Below, piece by piece: positions 20,426 to 29,978 of a DNA stretch of 38,240 nt. The notes below the pieces were generated by a model that saw only the letters and a program-made list of their open reading frames with translations, had not been told where the DNA came from and searched no databases. The position numbers and the translations under genes are program-made. Each line of letters begins with the position of its first letter. Within the stretch, counting starts at the first letter, position 1. Origin of the DNA: a virus (lineage: Duplodnaviria; Caudoviricetes); IMG/VR virus record IMGVR_UViG_3300042923_000172, positions 1 to 38,240 of that record; one strand, 5' to 3'.

Positions 20426-20828
20426 AGGCCCGTTAAAAACAGCATTATGGCCATTGCAACAAGCTATTTATAACCGATTGGCCAACGATCCAATTTTAAC
20501 CCAAATGGTAACGGCCGTTTATGATGAGGTTGAGGAGGGGGCCATAATGCCATATGTGCAAATTGGCGATGATACAACAACCCCATACGATACTAAAACA
20601 GATTATGGCGAGCAAACAACATTAACATTACATGCATGGAGTGCCGGCCCCGGTAAATCCGAGGCAAAACGCATTATGGGTGCAATATTGCAAGCTATAA
20701 CAGCCGCACCATTAACATTAGAGGGTTTTACTATTGAAGAAATTAAACGGGAGTTTTTAGAAACGTTTAATGATGGCCAAGCCTATCATGGCGTATGCCG
20801 TTTTAGGGTATATATCAAACAATTATAG
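20418..20828 (+). CDS. Tail terminator (DUF3168-like)
   Basis: LQQAIYNRL, VYDEV, PYVQIGD, YHGVCRF. Confidence 0.85.
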   Translation: MSRGPLKTALWPLQQAIYNRLANDPILTQMVTAVYDEVEEGAIMPYVQIGDDTTTPYDTKTDYGEQTTLTLHAWSAGPGKSEAKRIMGAILQAITAAPLTLEGFTIEEIKREFLETFNDGQAYHGVCRFRVYIKQL

Positions 20829-20840
20829 GGAGGTTTTAAA

Positions 20841-21248
20841 ATGCGTGGAGTAGATATTTTAATTCAAGTTGAAAGCAAAGTAACACCGGGAACATATGTA
20901 ACCGTTGGAGGCCAACGAAATGCAACGTTTTCAGAGGAGGCCGAAACTATTGATGTAACAAGCAAAGATAGCGAGGGTTATACTGAAAATGATTACGGTT
21001 TAGGATCGTGGAGTATTTCATGTGATGGCGTTTATGTTGTTGGTAATGCGCAATTAACTCAATTAAGAGATGCGCAACGTAATAAAGAAAAAGTAAAATG
21101 CCGTTGGGTTGAAGAAGGTAGTACACAAGTCGAAGAAGGTTTTGCCGTTGTTACGAGCCGAGAAATCGAGGGGCCGTATGATGGTGAGGCAACATATAGC
21201 GTGGAATTAACAGGAAGTGGAAAGCCAACGTTAGTTACACCGGCATAA
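20841..21248 (+). CDS. Major tail tube protein (TP901-1 family)
   Basis: GGQR, ETIDVTSKDS, WSISCDG, ATYSVELTGSG. Confidence 0.88.
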   Translation: MRGVDILIQVESKVTPGTYVTVGGQRNATFSEEAETIDVTSKDSEGYTENDYGLGSWSISCDGVYVVGNAQLTQLRDAQRNKEKVKCRWVEEGSTQVEEGFAVVTSREIEGPYDGEATYSVELTGSGKPTLVTPA

Positions 21249-21254
21249 TATTTA

Positions 21255-21295
21255 AAAGGCCCGCCAAAATTTTACTATTAATGGTGGGCCTTTTT
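21255..21295 (+). terminator. Rho-independent terminator
   Basis: AAAAGGCCCGCC...GGTGGGCCTTTTT. Confidence 0.7.
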
Positions 21296-21353
21296 ATATT
21301 AAACTATGAATAAGACAAGCTATTATTTTTAAAAATCGAGAGGGGTAAAAGGC

Positions 21354-21755
21354 ATGAACAACAATTTAAAAACATACAAAGAGGTTACATTAAACGGCAA
21401 AGAACATTTATTAAAATTTGATTATAACGCCGTTTGCGATTTAGAGGAGATTTATAACAAAGGTATTGCCGGTATTTTAAAAGAGGAGCAAATTGGTTTT
21501 AGATTAGTAAAAACCTTTTATTGGGCCGGTTTGAAATGGAAAAACCCGGGGTTAACATTAGATCGAGTTGGAAATATGTTAGGTAAGGAAATCCAAGACA
21601 ATGGCAAAAATGTTATGGATTTAATGGGGCCTGTAATGGAGGCGTTGAAAAAGTCGAGATTATTAGGCGCAAACAAAAATACCGATGATGGTTTTGAAGA
21701 TGAAACGGATCAAGACGGAAACGAGCAAGAGGAAAACGAAAACCCAAACGAGTAA
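21354..21755 (+). CDS. Tail assembly chaperone (gpG-like)
   Basis: Position between tube and TMP; LKFDYNAVCDLEE. Confidence 0.8.
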   Translation: MNNNLKTYKEVTLNGKEHLLKFDYNAVCDLEEIYNKGIAGILKEEQIGFRLVKTFYWAGLKWKNPGLTLDRVGNMLGKEIQDNGKNVMDLMGPVMEALKKSRLLGANKNTDDGFEDETDQDGNEQEENENPNE

Positions 21756-22054
21756 AAGGGTTAAATTGGGCCGTAATTAAACAAATTGGTTACGGCCCGT
21801 TGCATTTAACCCCAAAACAATTGGGAAGGTTAACGCATGGCGAATTTTTGGATTTATACGATGGGTTTAAATGGCGGGATAAACGGGCCACGGAGCATTT
21901 TGCACAATTAGCATCATGGACAACCGCACCACATTTAAAACGACCTATTGATCCGAAAAAACTAATGCAAGAAAAGAAACCGAAAAAGAAAACAACCCCG
22001 GAAAAAACGGCCGCCATAGTAAGCGAATTAGAAAAATTAATGGGGGTGAGTTAA
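21743..22054 (+). CDS. Tail assembly chaperone gpGT extension via -1 frameshift
   Basis: Slippery C CCA AAC at 21743-21749; the -1 frame is open through ORF 21800-22054. Confidence 0.8.
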   Translation, partial: PKRVKGLNWAVIKQIGYGPLHLTPKQLGRLTHGEFLDLYDGFKWRDKRATEHFAQLASWTTAPHLKRPIDPKKLMQEKKPKKKTTPEKTAAIVSELEKLMGVS

Positions 22055-24210
22055 TGGCAACCATTGCCGAAATGTTTGTAGATATTGGAGCCGATGCAAG
22101 CCAATTTGAGCGAGAGGCAAACGATATGCAAAAGCAAATGGGCGGTTTGCAAAGTGAAATGCGCACCATGGCCGATACAATGGGTACAAGTTCAACAAAA
22201 ATGGCCCAAGATTGGAAAGCGATGAGTGCAGAAATGCAAAGTGCCATGCGGGCCAATACTGAGAAAATGAAACCATTTAAACAAGCACAACAAGAGGTGC
22301 AATATGGTTTTTTTAAAATGGCCCAAGGGATGAAAGATTACCAAGGTAGTACCGGTGATTTTATGACCGAGTTGGAGGCCATGGGAAAAAAACATAAAAC
22401 GGCAACCGATAATATGTTAAAAAACAATGATGCGGCAAAAATGAGTTTTATACAATCTATTGCCGTTATGAGTGCAAGGAGTACGCAAGCTGAAAAAATA
22501 GCCGCCAATTTTACCAAGATGGGTAACCCGCTTTATACTGTGAATAATGGGTTATTATCGGTTGCGGGAAGTATGAACAAGATAGCAATGGCCGGATCAC
22601 CCGCACGATTAGCATTAGAAATGTTAGGGCCAACCGCTAATATGAAAGATTTGCGAGATATGACCATGATGATCCAACAAGGGTTAATGAGGTTTACCAT
22701 GGTTAGTATTATTGCCGGGGTTGCGGCGGTTGGGTTTTATTCTAATTTACATTCGGCCGCATTAGAAGCGGTACCGGGGTATAAAAAAGCAACCGAAGAA
22801 ATGAGCAAAGCAACCGAGGGTATTTTTAAACCGATGGCCGAGTTATTCGGTTTAATAATGACACCAATTGTTGAGTTAATTACCTTTGTGGCCCAATTGG
22901 CCCAAAAATTTAACGAGGCACATCCGGTATTAGCTAAGATCATACAAGGGTTTATTATGCTAATACCGCTATTAACGCTAATATTATCACCGTTAGCCAT
23001 TGGTATTGGATGGTGGGCCGGACTAAAAGCCGCAATGTTTGGGGTATGGGTATTAATAGGCCCGGTTGTAACTGGATTTGCCGCAATAATGGGTACCGTA
23101 TTAGTTGTTGCCGCCGCAATTACCGCATTAGGGGTTGTATTGTGGGCATTATGGACAAAAACGGATTGGTTTAAAGATGCGGTTATTGGGGCATGGGAAG
23201 CTATAAAAGCGGCCGCAATAAGAATATGGAACGCTATTTATTTCCAAGGAATTAAACCAGCTATTGATGCGTTAATGACGTTTATACAAGTGAATTTATT
23301 GAAATTGCAATTGTTTTGGTATGAGAACGGCGAACAAATAATGAAAATATTAACGATTGTTTGGGGTTTTATTAAAACATACCTAGTAACCCAAATGGCT
23401 ATAATTCAAGGTATTATTGAGGTTGCGTGGACATTAATTAAAAACATTATTGTTACCGTTTGGAATGTAATTAAAATTGCCATCGAAACTGTATTTGGAA
23501 TTATTGGCGGCATTATAAAGTTTTGGTTAGCTTTATTTAAAGGTGATTTTTCCGGTGCATGGGAAGCGATAAAAGGCATTTGGAATACTTATCTAAATGG
23601 CATTAGAGACATTGTGAAAGCATTGTTTGAGGGTTATTTTAGAACGGTTAACGAAACCATGGGCAAAATACTAGAAAAAATTAAAGACATTTGGAATAAA
23701 GCAACGAACGCCGTTAGCACGGCATTAGGTAACGTTGATGAAAACGTAAAAGAGAAATTCGATAGCATCGTTAGTTTTATAACCGGATTAGGACAAACGT
23801 TTTTCAATGCCGGTAAAGGTCTTATTGAAATGATTGGTAAGGGTATTGAAAATGCGGCGGGCGAAGTAGTGGACAAGGTAAAAGACGTTGCGGGTAAAAT
23901 TCGTGATATGTTACCATTTTCACCGGCCAAGGATGGCCCTTTATCCGATTTGGATCGGTTAGATTTTGGCGGCCCAATTGCCGATAGTTTAAAACGAGGT
24001 ATACCAACCATACAACGTTTAATGAGTGAAATGGTAACGATGCCGAGTATTGTACCACCAACAATGCCAAGTTACTCATCCAATGCGATCCAACGAGAAA
24101 AAACGGGGCAAACGGTAATTGTTGAATTAGACGGCCGACAAATTGCCCGTGGTACATTGCCGCATATGGAAAGAGAAATTAGATTAAAAACCGGATTAGT
24201 AATGGGGTAG
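22054..24210 (+). CDS. Tail tape measure protein
   Basis: MATIAEMFVDIGAD start, Ala/Trp periodic helices, hydrophobic segments, PFSPAKDGPL. Confidence 0.9.
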   Translation: MATIAEMFVDIGADASQFEREANDMQKQMGGLQSEMRTMADTMGTSSTKMAQDWKAMSAEMQSAMRANTEKMKPFKQAQQEVQYGFFKMAQGMKDYQGSTGDFMTELEAMGKKHKTATDNMLKNNDAAKMSFIQSIAVMSARSTQAEKIAANFTKMGNPLYTVNNGLLSVAGSMNKIAMAGSPARLALEMLGPTANMKDLRDMTMMIQQGLMRFTMVSIIAGVAAVGFYSNLHSAALEAVPGYKKATEEMSKATEGIFKPMAELFGLIMTPIVELITFVAQLAQKFNEAHPVLAKIIQGFIMLIPLLTLILSPLAIGIGWWAGLKAAMFGVWVLIGPVVTGFAAIMGTVLVVAAAITALGVVLWALWTKTDWFKDAVIGAWEAIKAAAIRIWNAIYFQGIKPAIDALMTFIQVNLLKLQLFWYENGEQIMKILTIVWGFIKTYLVTQMAIIQGIIEVAWTLIKNIIVTVWNVIKIAIETVFGIIGGIIKFWLALFKGDFSGAWEAIKGIWNTYLNGIRDIVKALFEGYFRTVNETMGKILEKIKDIWNKATNAVSTALGNVDENVKEKFDSIVSFITGLGQTFFNAGKGLIEMIGKGIENAAGEVVDKVKDVAGKIRDMLPFSPAKDGPLSDLDRLDFGGPIADSLKRGIPTIQRLMSEMVTMPSIVPPTMPSYSSNAIQREKTGQTVIVELDGRQIARGTLPHMEREIRLKTGLVMG

Positions 24211-24218
24211 GGGGTTGA

Positions 24219-24452
24219 TTGGATTTGATCGTAAAAGTTAATAATCAAACGGTTAACTATGCCCGTAATTCAATTGATGTGGATGATGCTATTGGCCAAA
24301 GGTCAACAGCATCATTTGTAGTCATTGATCGAGAAGGTACCATGAGGTTTAAAAAAGGGCAACAGGTAGAGATATTCCAAGAAGTTGCCGCCAATACCGG
24401 TGATTATGCAACGTGGGATAATGACGATTTAACAAACAATTGGGAGGGATAA
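24219..24452 (+). CDS. Small tail protein, probably the N-terminal portion of the baseplate hub/Tal protein
   Basis: RSTASFVVID...FKKGQQVEI resembles the first beta-strands of tail hub proteins; that fold appears to continue at KIFGGVID in 27120-28709. Confidence 0.55.
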   Translation: MDLIVKVNNQTVNYARNSIDVDDAIGQRSTASFVVIDREGTMRFKKGQQVEIFQEVAANTGDYATWDNDDLTNNWEG

Positions 24453-24455
24453 AAA

Positions 24456-25934
24456 ATGGAATTTACCCCAAATAGTAATTTATACAAATGGAAACCAACA
24501 GACATAAAACTTAATACCATTACCGAAATGGCCGCAAATGCGGAAAAAATAGATAGTGAATTAAAAAATGTTAATGAACAATTGGCGGAAACTGTGAAAC
24601 AAATTAGTGTAAAAGATGTACGTTTTGGAGCGAAAGGTGATGGTATTACAGATGACACTAGTGCTATTCAATCGGCTTTCGAGTATGCAAAAGTAAACGG
24701 AATCTCAAAAGTTAAAATACCGATTGGAACTTATAAGATAACTAAAATCACCATTGATTTTAATGGGGTGACGATTGAAGGGGATGGAATAGATTTAACT
24801 GTTCTAAATTCCACACTTTCCGCTGGAGGGGCTTTTAGTTTCGGTAGTGTTTCTGCCCCATTAAAAAATATTGTTGTTAAAGATATGACCATACAAGGGA
24901 ATACGTCCTCTGCAAATCAATCAGCATTGCGTTTTTATGGGGTAGATACGTTAGAGGTAACTAGAGTTAAAATGAATAAGTTTGGATTTTGTGGGATAAC
25001 CTCTTTTGAAAATATTTTTCAAAACGTCACCATTACTCAGTGTCAGTTTATAGAAACAGTTGAAAGCGGGATGAGTGTTCGACCTTGCAACAATGTAATA
25101 GTTGATGGCTGCATTTTTGACAATATTTACGGTAACGCAAATCCACCTCATGGTGTTTATTTCAGAAGTACACCACAATACGGATCGAAAAACTTAACTG
25201 TTCGTGGTTGTATTTTTAGGAATACACCTGCTTCAACGATTGGAAATGCTTATGCCGTTAAGATTGTTTGTGATAACCCAACAACGGACTTACCAACAAC
25301 AGATGTCATTGTACAAGGCAACTACATTGAAAATTATTTTGCGGGTGTTTGGGTAGTTGGTGCTAAACGAGTTCATATCGCAAACAACCGTATCGAATCA
25401 ATGTCTGAAATTCAAACTCAACGTGCTGCTATTGGGTGTAGCAATCTATCCGAAGATATTGTAATTGCCAATAATAATATTAATGCTCGTAATCTCACTA
25501 ATTCATTGAATTTAGATGGTTGTAATCGAATCTTAATTGTAGGGAATGTAATGGAAACCGAGAAAGCCATCCCAATCTCACTAAAAAACATTAACGATTT
25601 AACCATTCAAAATAATGTTATTAAAGAAACATTGTCCACGGGGTCTAATAATGCCGTTATTGATTTTGATGGTGTTTGTACAGATTTTAAGATTAAAAAT
25701 AACACATTTAAAATTAGTCAACGGGGTATTCAACAACGAAACACATGTACGATTACGGGACTTGTTATTAGTGGTAACAGCATCAATCCTATTGAGGGCA
25801 GTACTCCAGTTTACGCTATTAACCTAGCAGGAACCATCGCAAACACGATTGTTACAAACAATGACTTAGTTGGGGCGGGAATTACCACACTTAAAACGTC
25901 TACCCAAGCAGGAAATATTACCGCATATGCTTAA
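24456..25934 (+). CDS. Tailspike/appendage with right-handed beta-helix (pectin-lyase-like, putative depolymerase)
   Basis: N-terminal anchor TPNSNLYK..D..KID; FGAKGDGITDDTSAIQ; repeated I.I.NN.I beta-helix rungs. Confidence 0.85.
   Translation: MEFTPNSNLYKWKPTDIKLNTITEMAANAEKIDSELKNVNEQLAETVKQISVKDVRFGAKGDGITDDTSAIQSAFEYAKVNGISKVKIPIGTYKITKITIDFNGVTIEGDGIDLTVLNSTLSAGGAFSFGSVSAPLKNIVVKDMTIQGNTSSANQSALRFYGVDTLEVTRVKMNKFGFCGITSFENIFQNVTITQCQFIETVESGMSVRPCNNVIVDGCIFDNIYGNANPPHGVYFRSTPQYGSKNLTVRGCIFRNTPASTIGNAYAVKIVCDNPTTDLPTTDVIVQGNYIENYFAGVWVVGAKRVHIANNRIESMSEIQTQRAAIGCSNLSEDIVIANNNINARNLTNSLNLDGCNRILIVGNVMETEKAIPISLKNINDLTIQNNVIKETLSTGSNNAVIDFDGVCTDFKIKNNTFKISQRGIQQRNTCTITGLVISGNSINPIEGSTPVYAINLAGTIANTIVTNNDLVGAGITTLKTSTQAGNITAYA
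24571..24600 (+). repeat. Cassette-boundary site A (read in frame as VNEQLAETVK)
   Basis: TTAATGAACAA TTGGCGGA AACTGTGAAAC. Confidence 0.7.
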
Positions 25935-25960
25935 TGAACAATCGGACGATTATGCGCAGT
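25931..25960 (+). repeat. Cassette-boundary site B
   Basis: TTAATGAACAA TCGGACGA TTATGCGCAGT; contains the tailspike stop codon. Confidence 0.75.
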
Positions 25961-25991
25961 AGATTATAAAATTCAATCAGCTTGGTAATAA

Positions 25992-26027
25992 CTAACTATG
26001 AGGGCCGCAAACCTTCATAGTTTTTTA
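25992..26027 (+). terminator. Rho-independent terminator after the tailspike gene
   Basis: AACTATGAGGG-ccgcaaa-CCTTCATAGTT-TTTTT. Confidence 0.75.
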
Positions 26028-26109
26028 TTAAATAAATTAGCATAATTTAAAGTAACGATATTTACTAAATGGACAAGTTGTGATATATTGGAAATAGAGG
26101 GGGTATTAT

Positions 26110-26829
26110 ATGATTGGCGTGATTTTCGGAAATTTAACTGTATTGGGCGAAGTAGGTAAGAACAAAAGAGGTATTTTATTTGAATGTATTTGCAAGTGTG
26201 GAAACAAAAGAGTTTTTCCGGGTAAAGATTTAAGGAGCGGCAATAATAAAAGTTGCGGTTGTTTATTAAAGAAACATGGAATGTCGAGCACACGGATTTA
26301 TATATCTTGGCAAAACATGAAAAAAAGATGCAACGATCCGAATTACAAGGATTTTAAAAATTATGGTGGCCGTGGCATTAAATATTGTGAAAAGTGGGAA
26401 ACGTTTGAAGGGTTTTATGAGGATATGAAAGAAGGTTATGAGGATAGTTTAACATTGGATAGAATCAATGTAGATGGAGATTACACCCTAGATAATTGCC
26501 GTTGGGTTACTTTAAAAGAACAAAGTAACAATAAACGTAACAATCATTTTTTAGAGTATAACGGCGAAGTTTTAACGCTATCTCAAATGGCTAATAAATA
26601 CAACATTGATTTTGAATTGTTTCGCCATCGAATAAAAAAAGGTTGGTCAGTTGAAAAGGCTTTATCTAATAAAACAGAATTAGAGGTTATAAGTTTTAAA
26701 GGTGAAATAAAAACAGTTTCAGAGTTTGCTAAAGAATATGGCATGACCTATCATCAATTAAAAAAACGATTAATGAGGAATTGGACGGTTGAAAGAGCGT
26801 TAACTCAACCATTAAGAAAAAGACAGTAA
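26110..26829 (+). CDS. Putative HNH homing endonuclease (YGGRGI-type)
   Basis: CICKCG, SCGC, YGGRGIKYC, LDRINVDGDYTLDNCRW; duplicated C-terminal HTH-like repeats. Confidence 0.8.
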   Translation: MIGVIFGNLTVLGEVGKNKRGILFECICKCGNKRVFPGKDLRSGNNKSCGCLLKKHGMSSTRIYISWQNMKKRCNDPNYKDFKNYGGRGIKYCEKWETFEGFYEDMKEGYEDSLTLDRINVDGDYTLDNCRWVTLKEQSNNKRNNHFLEYNGEVLTLSQMANKYNIDFELFRHRIKKGWSVEKALSNKTELEVISFKGEIKTVSEFAKEYGMTYHQLKKRLMRNWTVERALTQPLRKRQ

Positions 26830-26855
26830 ATCGAAATTGTTAAGGGGTGATAGTG

Positions 26856-27008
26856 TTGAAGATAAACCGCAGACGTAAAAGAGCAATAGCAAAGGCTGAA
26901 AAAGAAATGGACAGATACGAGCAATGGAAAGATTTCGTTGAAGCTGTTGGGGGTTCTTTGCAAAAAGGAAAAGACGGAAAATTGTATGGAGTTTTGAGAG
27001 TTGATTAA
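26856..27008 (+). CDS. Hypothetical protein (50 aa; not in ORF track)
   Basis: MKINRRRKRAIAKAEKEMDRYEQW...; RBS GGGGTGA. Confidence 0.5.
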   Translation: MKINRRRKRAIAKAEKEMDRYEQWKDFVEAVGGSLQKGKDGKLYGVLRVD

Positions 27009-27119
27009 TACGCCCAATTAACGGATGCTAAAAAGAAGGAGCAACATAAAAAGTATCTAATTCAATAAATAAAGATGGTAAAATAAAGATAATAAATCCA
27101 TTAAAGGGAGGGGGTTTTT

Positions 27120-28709
27120 ATGTTGACATGGGAAAGTGAATTAAAGACCGATACATTAAAAATATTTGGCGGTGTGATTGATACACAACCGGTAACCGAT
27201 ATTACGTTATTTGGAACGGGTAAACGTTGGGCCATACAATGTACTGATTACCATTACTTAACTGATAAACGTATTGTAGCCAAGTATTATGAGGATATGG
27301 CCGCCGGCCAAATTGTAAGGAATTTAATTACTCTTTATTTTGCCGCCGAGGGTATAACAGCCGGAAATATACAAGATGGGCCGATTATTACCGAGGCGGT
27401 TTTTAATTATGTAACCGGCACCCGTTGTATGGAGGGATTGAGTGAAAAAGCGGGGTTTGAATGGAATATAAACTACGATAAAACGTTAGATTTTTACGAA
27501 CGTTCAACATTTACGGCCCCGGTTACCATTACCGAAACAAGCAAAATAAAAAACGTAACGGTTGAAGATGAGGCCAAGGATTACCGAAATAAACAATTTG
27601 TGCGAGCCGGGAAAGATTTAACCGATCCACAAACGGAAAAATTTAAAGGTAATGGATCGCAACAATCGTTTACATTAGGATTTCCATTAGGTAAAGAGCC
27701 GCAAATTAAAATTAATGGGGTTGCGTTAAACAATGCGGCTGATATTGGTATTAAAGGGTTAGAGGATGGCAAGCAATGGTATTGGAGCAAAGGGGATGCA
27801 ACTATAACCCAAGAAAAAGAGGCCGTTCCATTGTTAGACACCGATGAAATAGAAATAACATACCAAGGGTTATTTGATATTGTTGCCGTTACATGGGATC
27901 AAAACGAGGTTGAAACCCGAAAGGCCGCAGAAAATAATAGCGGCATATACGAGAATGTTATTGATGAGCCATATGCAACGAACCGGGCCGCCGCATTTGA
28001 AACAGCAAATACCAAATTAAAAAGGTATGCTAAAATCGGGAAAAAAATTAGGTTTGATACATTTATAACCGGGTTTAAAGCGGGCCAATTGGTGATGGTT
28101 GATATGCCTAGTTTTGATATTAACAATAGCCAATTTTTAATTGAAAGTATTGCGGCAACTGAGTTAGGTACCGAAGATGGACGATGTACTTATAAAATTA
28201 CGGCCGTTGATGGAGCCGCAACAGGTGGTTGGGCCGACTTCTTTAAAAAGATGGCAACCCGTGGAGAAAATTTTGTATTAAGAGAAAACATTAAAGAAGA
28301 TGAAGTATTAGTGTTATTAGATCAATTTTCTAAAACATGGACAAGCACCGAGAGGCCTAACCTTTTTTATGAATTATATCCTAGTATGGATTTATACCCG
28401 GCATCCGATTTATTTCCTTCATTGGGTGATGATAATGAGGTAACGTATATTGCCTTATATGATGCAACCGGGGAGTTTTTTAGAAAAAGAATTACCAAGC
28501 AAGAGCGAACCGATACCCAAATTGTTAGTACTACATTTATTTCACCATTCGAGGCAAACGAGGTGCAAATAACGCATGTGGGTTGGTTTGGGGCCAATGC
28601 AACAGATGAAATTGGTAGCGGTTTATTAATAGATAAACAGATTTATAGTAAATTCAAAGATAAAGTTGAAGCTATACAAATTGATAAAATTGATTTGAAA
28701 GGGTGGTAA
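27120..28709 (+). CDS. Baseplate hub/Tal-like tail protein
   Basis: Position; IFGGVID, EDMAAGQIV, C-terminal LYPSMDLYPASDLFPS fibre-docking-type repeat. Confidence 0.7.
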   Translation: MLTWESELKTDTLKIFGGVIDTQPVTDITLFGTGKRWAIQCTDYHYLTDKRIVAKYYEDMAAGQIVRNLITLYFAAEGITAGNIQDGPIITEAVFNYVTGTRCMEGLSEKAGFEWNINYDKTLDFYERSTFTAPVTITETSKIKNVTVEDEAKDYRNKQFVRAGKDLTDPQTEKFKGNGSQQSFTLGFPLGKEPQIKINGVALNNAADIGIKGLEDGKQWYWSKGDATITQEKEAVPLLDTDEIEITYQGLFDIVAVTWDQNEVETRKAAENNSGIYENVIDEPYATNRAAAFETANTKLKRYAKIGKKIRFDTFITGFKAGQLVMVDMPSFDINNSQFLIESIAATELGTEDGRCTYKITAVDGAATGGWADFFKKMATRGENFVLRENIKEDEVLVLLDQFSKTWTSTERPNLFYELYPSMDLYPASDLFPSLGDDNEVTYIALYDATGEFFRKRITKQERTDTQIVSTTFISPFEANEVQITHVGWFGANATDEIGSGLLIDKQIYSKFKDKVEAIQIDKIDLKGW

Positions 28710-28712
28710 TCC

Positions 28713-29555
28713 ATGCCGACTTATAATAAAACCACATGGAACACAACAACAACGCCGTTAAGTGTAACAAACTTGCAAAAAATAGAGGATGGTATAGAGG
28801 TTGCTTATAATAACGTTGTATCGTTTGGTGTAACAACAATGGCAACAACCAATATTTATGCTGTAACAGTAACACCGGCCCCAACGGCGTATGTTGATGG
28901 TATGGGTGTGGTTGTAAAAATCAATGCCAATAGTACAGGAGCCGCAACATTAAACGTAAACGGATTAGGAGCAAAAGCATTAAAAAAAGCAAATGGTAAT
29001 GATGCGTTGAATTTAAAAACGGGCGGCATTTACACATTCAGATACAATGCAACAACTGGAAATTTTATCTTACAGGGTGAAGGGGGGGCAGGTAATGCAC
29101 AACCTAGTGATGTAGTAACAGGAAAAACATTCACCAACGATTTAGGCGAACAAGTAGGAACGTTAGAAGTAGGGAAAAAGTTTGCAAACGGCACCGTTAC
29201 TTCAAGTGCCGGGCAAGTAGAATGTTATGTAGTGATGGGCCAATATAATACAGTCCTTACCACAACGCCGTATGTAGAAATAGTAGGATTAAGTTTTTCA
29301 CCAAGTCGAGTGATATTATGGCAAGGTAATGCCTCAACCGATAGTATGATAGTGGTAAATTATGATTCTATTAATGCTTTTTATAAAAACACAGCTTACA
29401 ACATTACCATTACCACAGCAAATGCGCTTAATTCATCACATGCTGTAACTATTTACCAAGGCAATGATGCATTAAATTTAAAAGTCACACAATCATTAGT
29501 TAGGTTGCCCGTACCAAGTAACGGAACCGTATGGAATTGGATGGCTATTCAATAA
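28713..29555 (+). CDS. Tail fibre/receptor-binding protein
   Basis: YNKTTW...NLQKIEDGI anchor; GAATLNVNGLGAK...GNFILQGEGG. Confidence 0.8.
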   Translation: MPTYNKTTWNTTTTPLSVTNLQKIEDGIEVAYNNVVSFGVTTMATTNIYAVTVTPAPTAYVDGMGVVVKINANSTGAATLNVNGLGAKALKKANGNDALNLKTGGIYTFRYNATTGNFILQGEGGAGNAQPSDVVTGKTFTNDLGEQVGTLEVGKKFANGTVTSSAGQVECYVVMGQYNTVLTTTPYVEIVGLSFSPSRVILWQGNASTDSMIVVNYDSINAFYKNTAYNITITTANALNSSHAVTIYQGNDALNLKVTQSLVRLPVPSNGTVWNWMAIQ

Positions 29556-29572
29556 TAATAAGGGGTGAAACT

Positions 29573-29965
29573 ATGAATATAGGGCGCAAAATATATTACG
29601 AAAAAGCAACCGGAAACGTTTTAGTTGATACCGGTGAACGATCCGGGGCCGTGATGGTTCCGAATACAATAGAAAACGATTTTAAAACATACATTGCATT
29701 AAGCGGAAGAACATCGGAAACGGTAGGGGTTAAAGAGTTAAGTTATGGGCAATTCAAGGAAGATTTTTTAAATTGCAATGGATATAAAATTAATCCATCA
29801 ACATTGGCGTTAGAATTTAGTTATCCGAGTGCAACACCGGAGCAACCGCCGGAATTTAGAGAGCCGTTAACCGTACAAATAGATAAAATCGAACAAGAAA
29901 AAAACACTCTAAAAAGTGGACAGGCACAAATTTTATTAAAGTTAATGCGGAATAACATTAAATAA
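29573..29965 (+). CDS. Conserved tail-fibre-associated protein
   Basis: MNIGRKIYYEKATGNVLVDTGE; lies between the fibre gene and XkdX. Confidence 0.65.
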   Translation: MNIGRKIYYEKATGNVLVDTGERSGAVMVPNTIENDFKTYIALSGRTSETVGVKELSYGQFKEDFLNCNGYKINPSTLALEFSYPSATPEQPPEFREPLTVQIDKIEQEKNTLKSGQAQILLKLMRNNIK

Positions 29966-29978
29966 AGGAGGGCCGGCC

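Noticed and set aside
24453-27119. Group I intron carrying the HNH gene within the split tail gene
   Set aside because: No recognisable P/Q/R/S core; the gaps hold a terminator and a small ORF, and the downstream ORF has its own RBS.
28713-29965. Diversity-generating retroelement or invertible shufflon at the tail fibre
   Set aside because: No reverse transcriptase or invertase, and no template/variable repeat pair or inverted cassettes seen.
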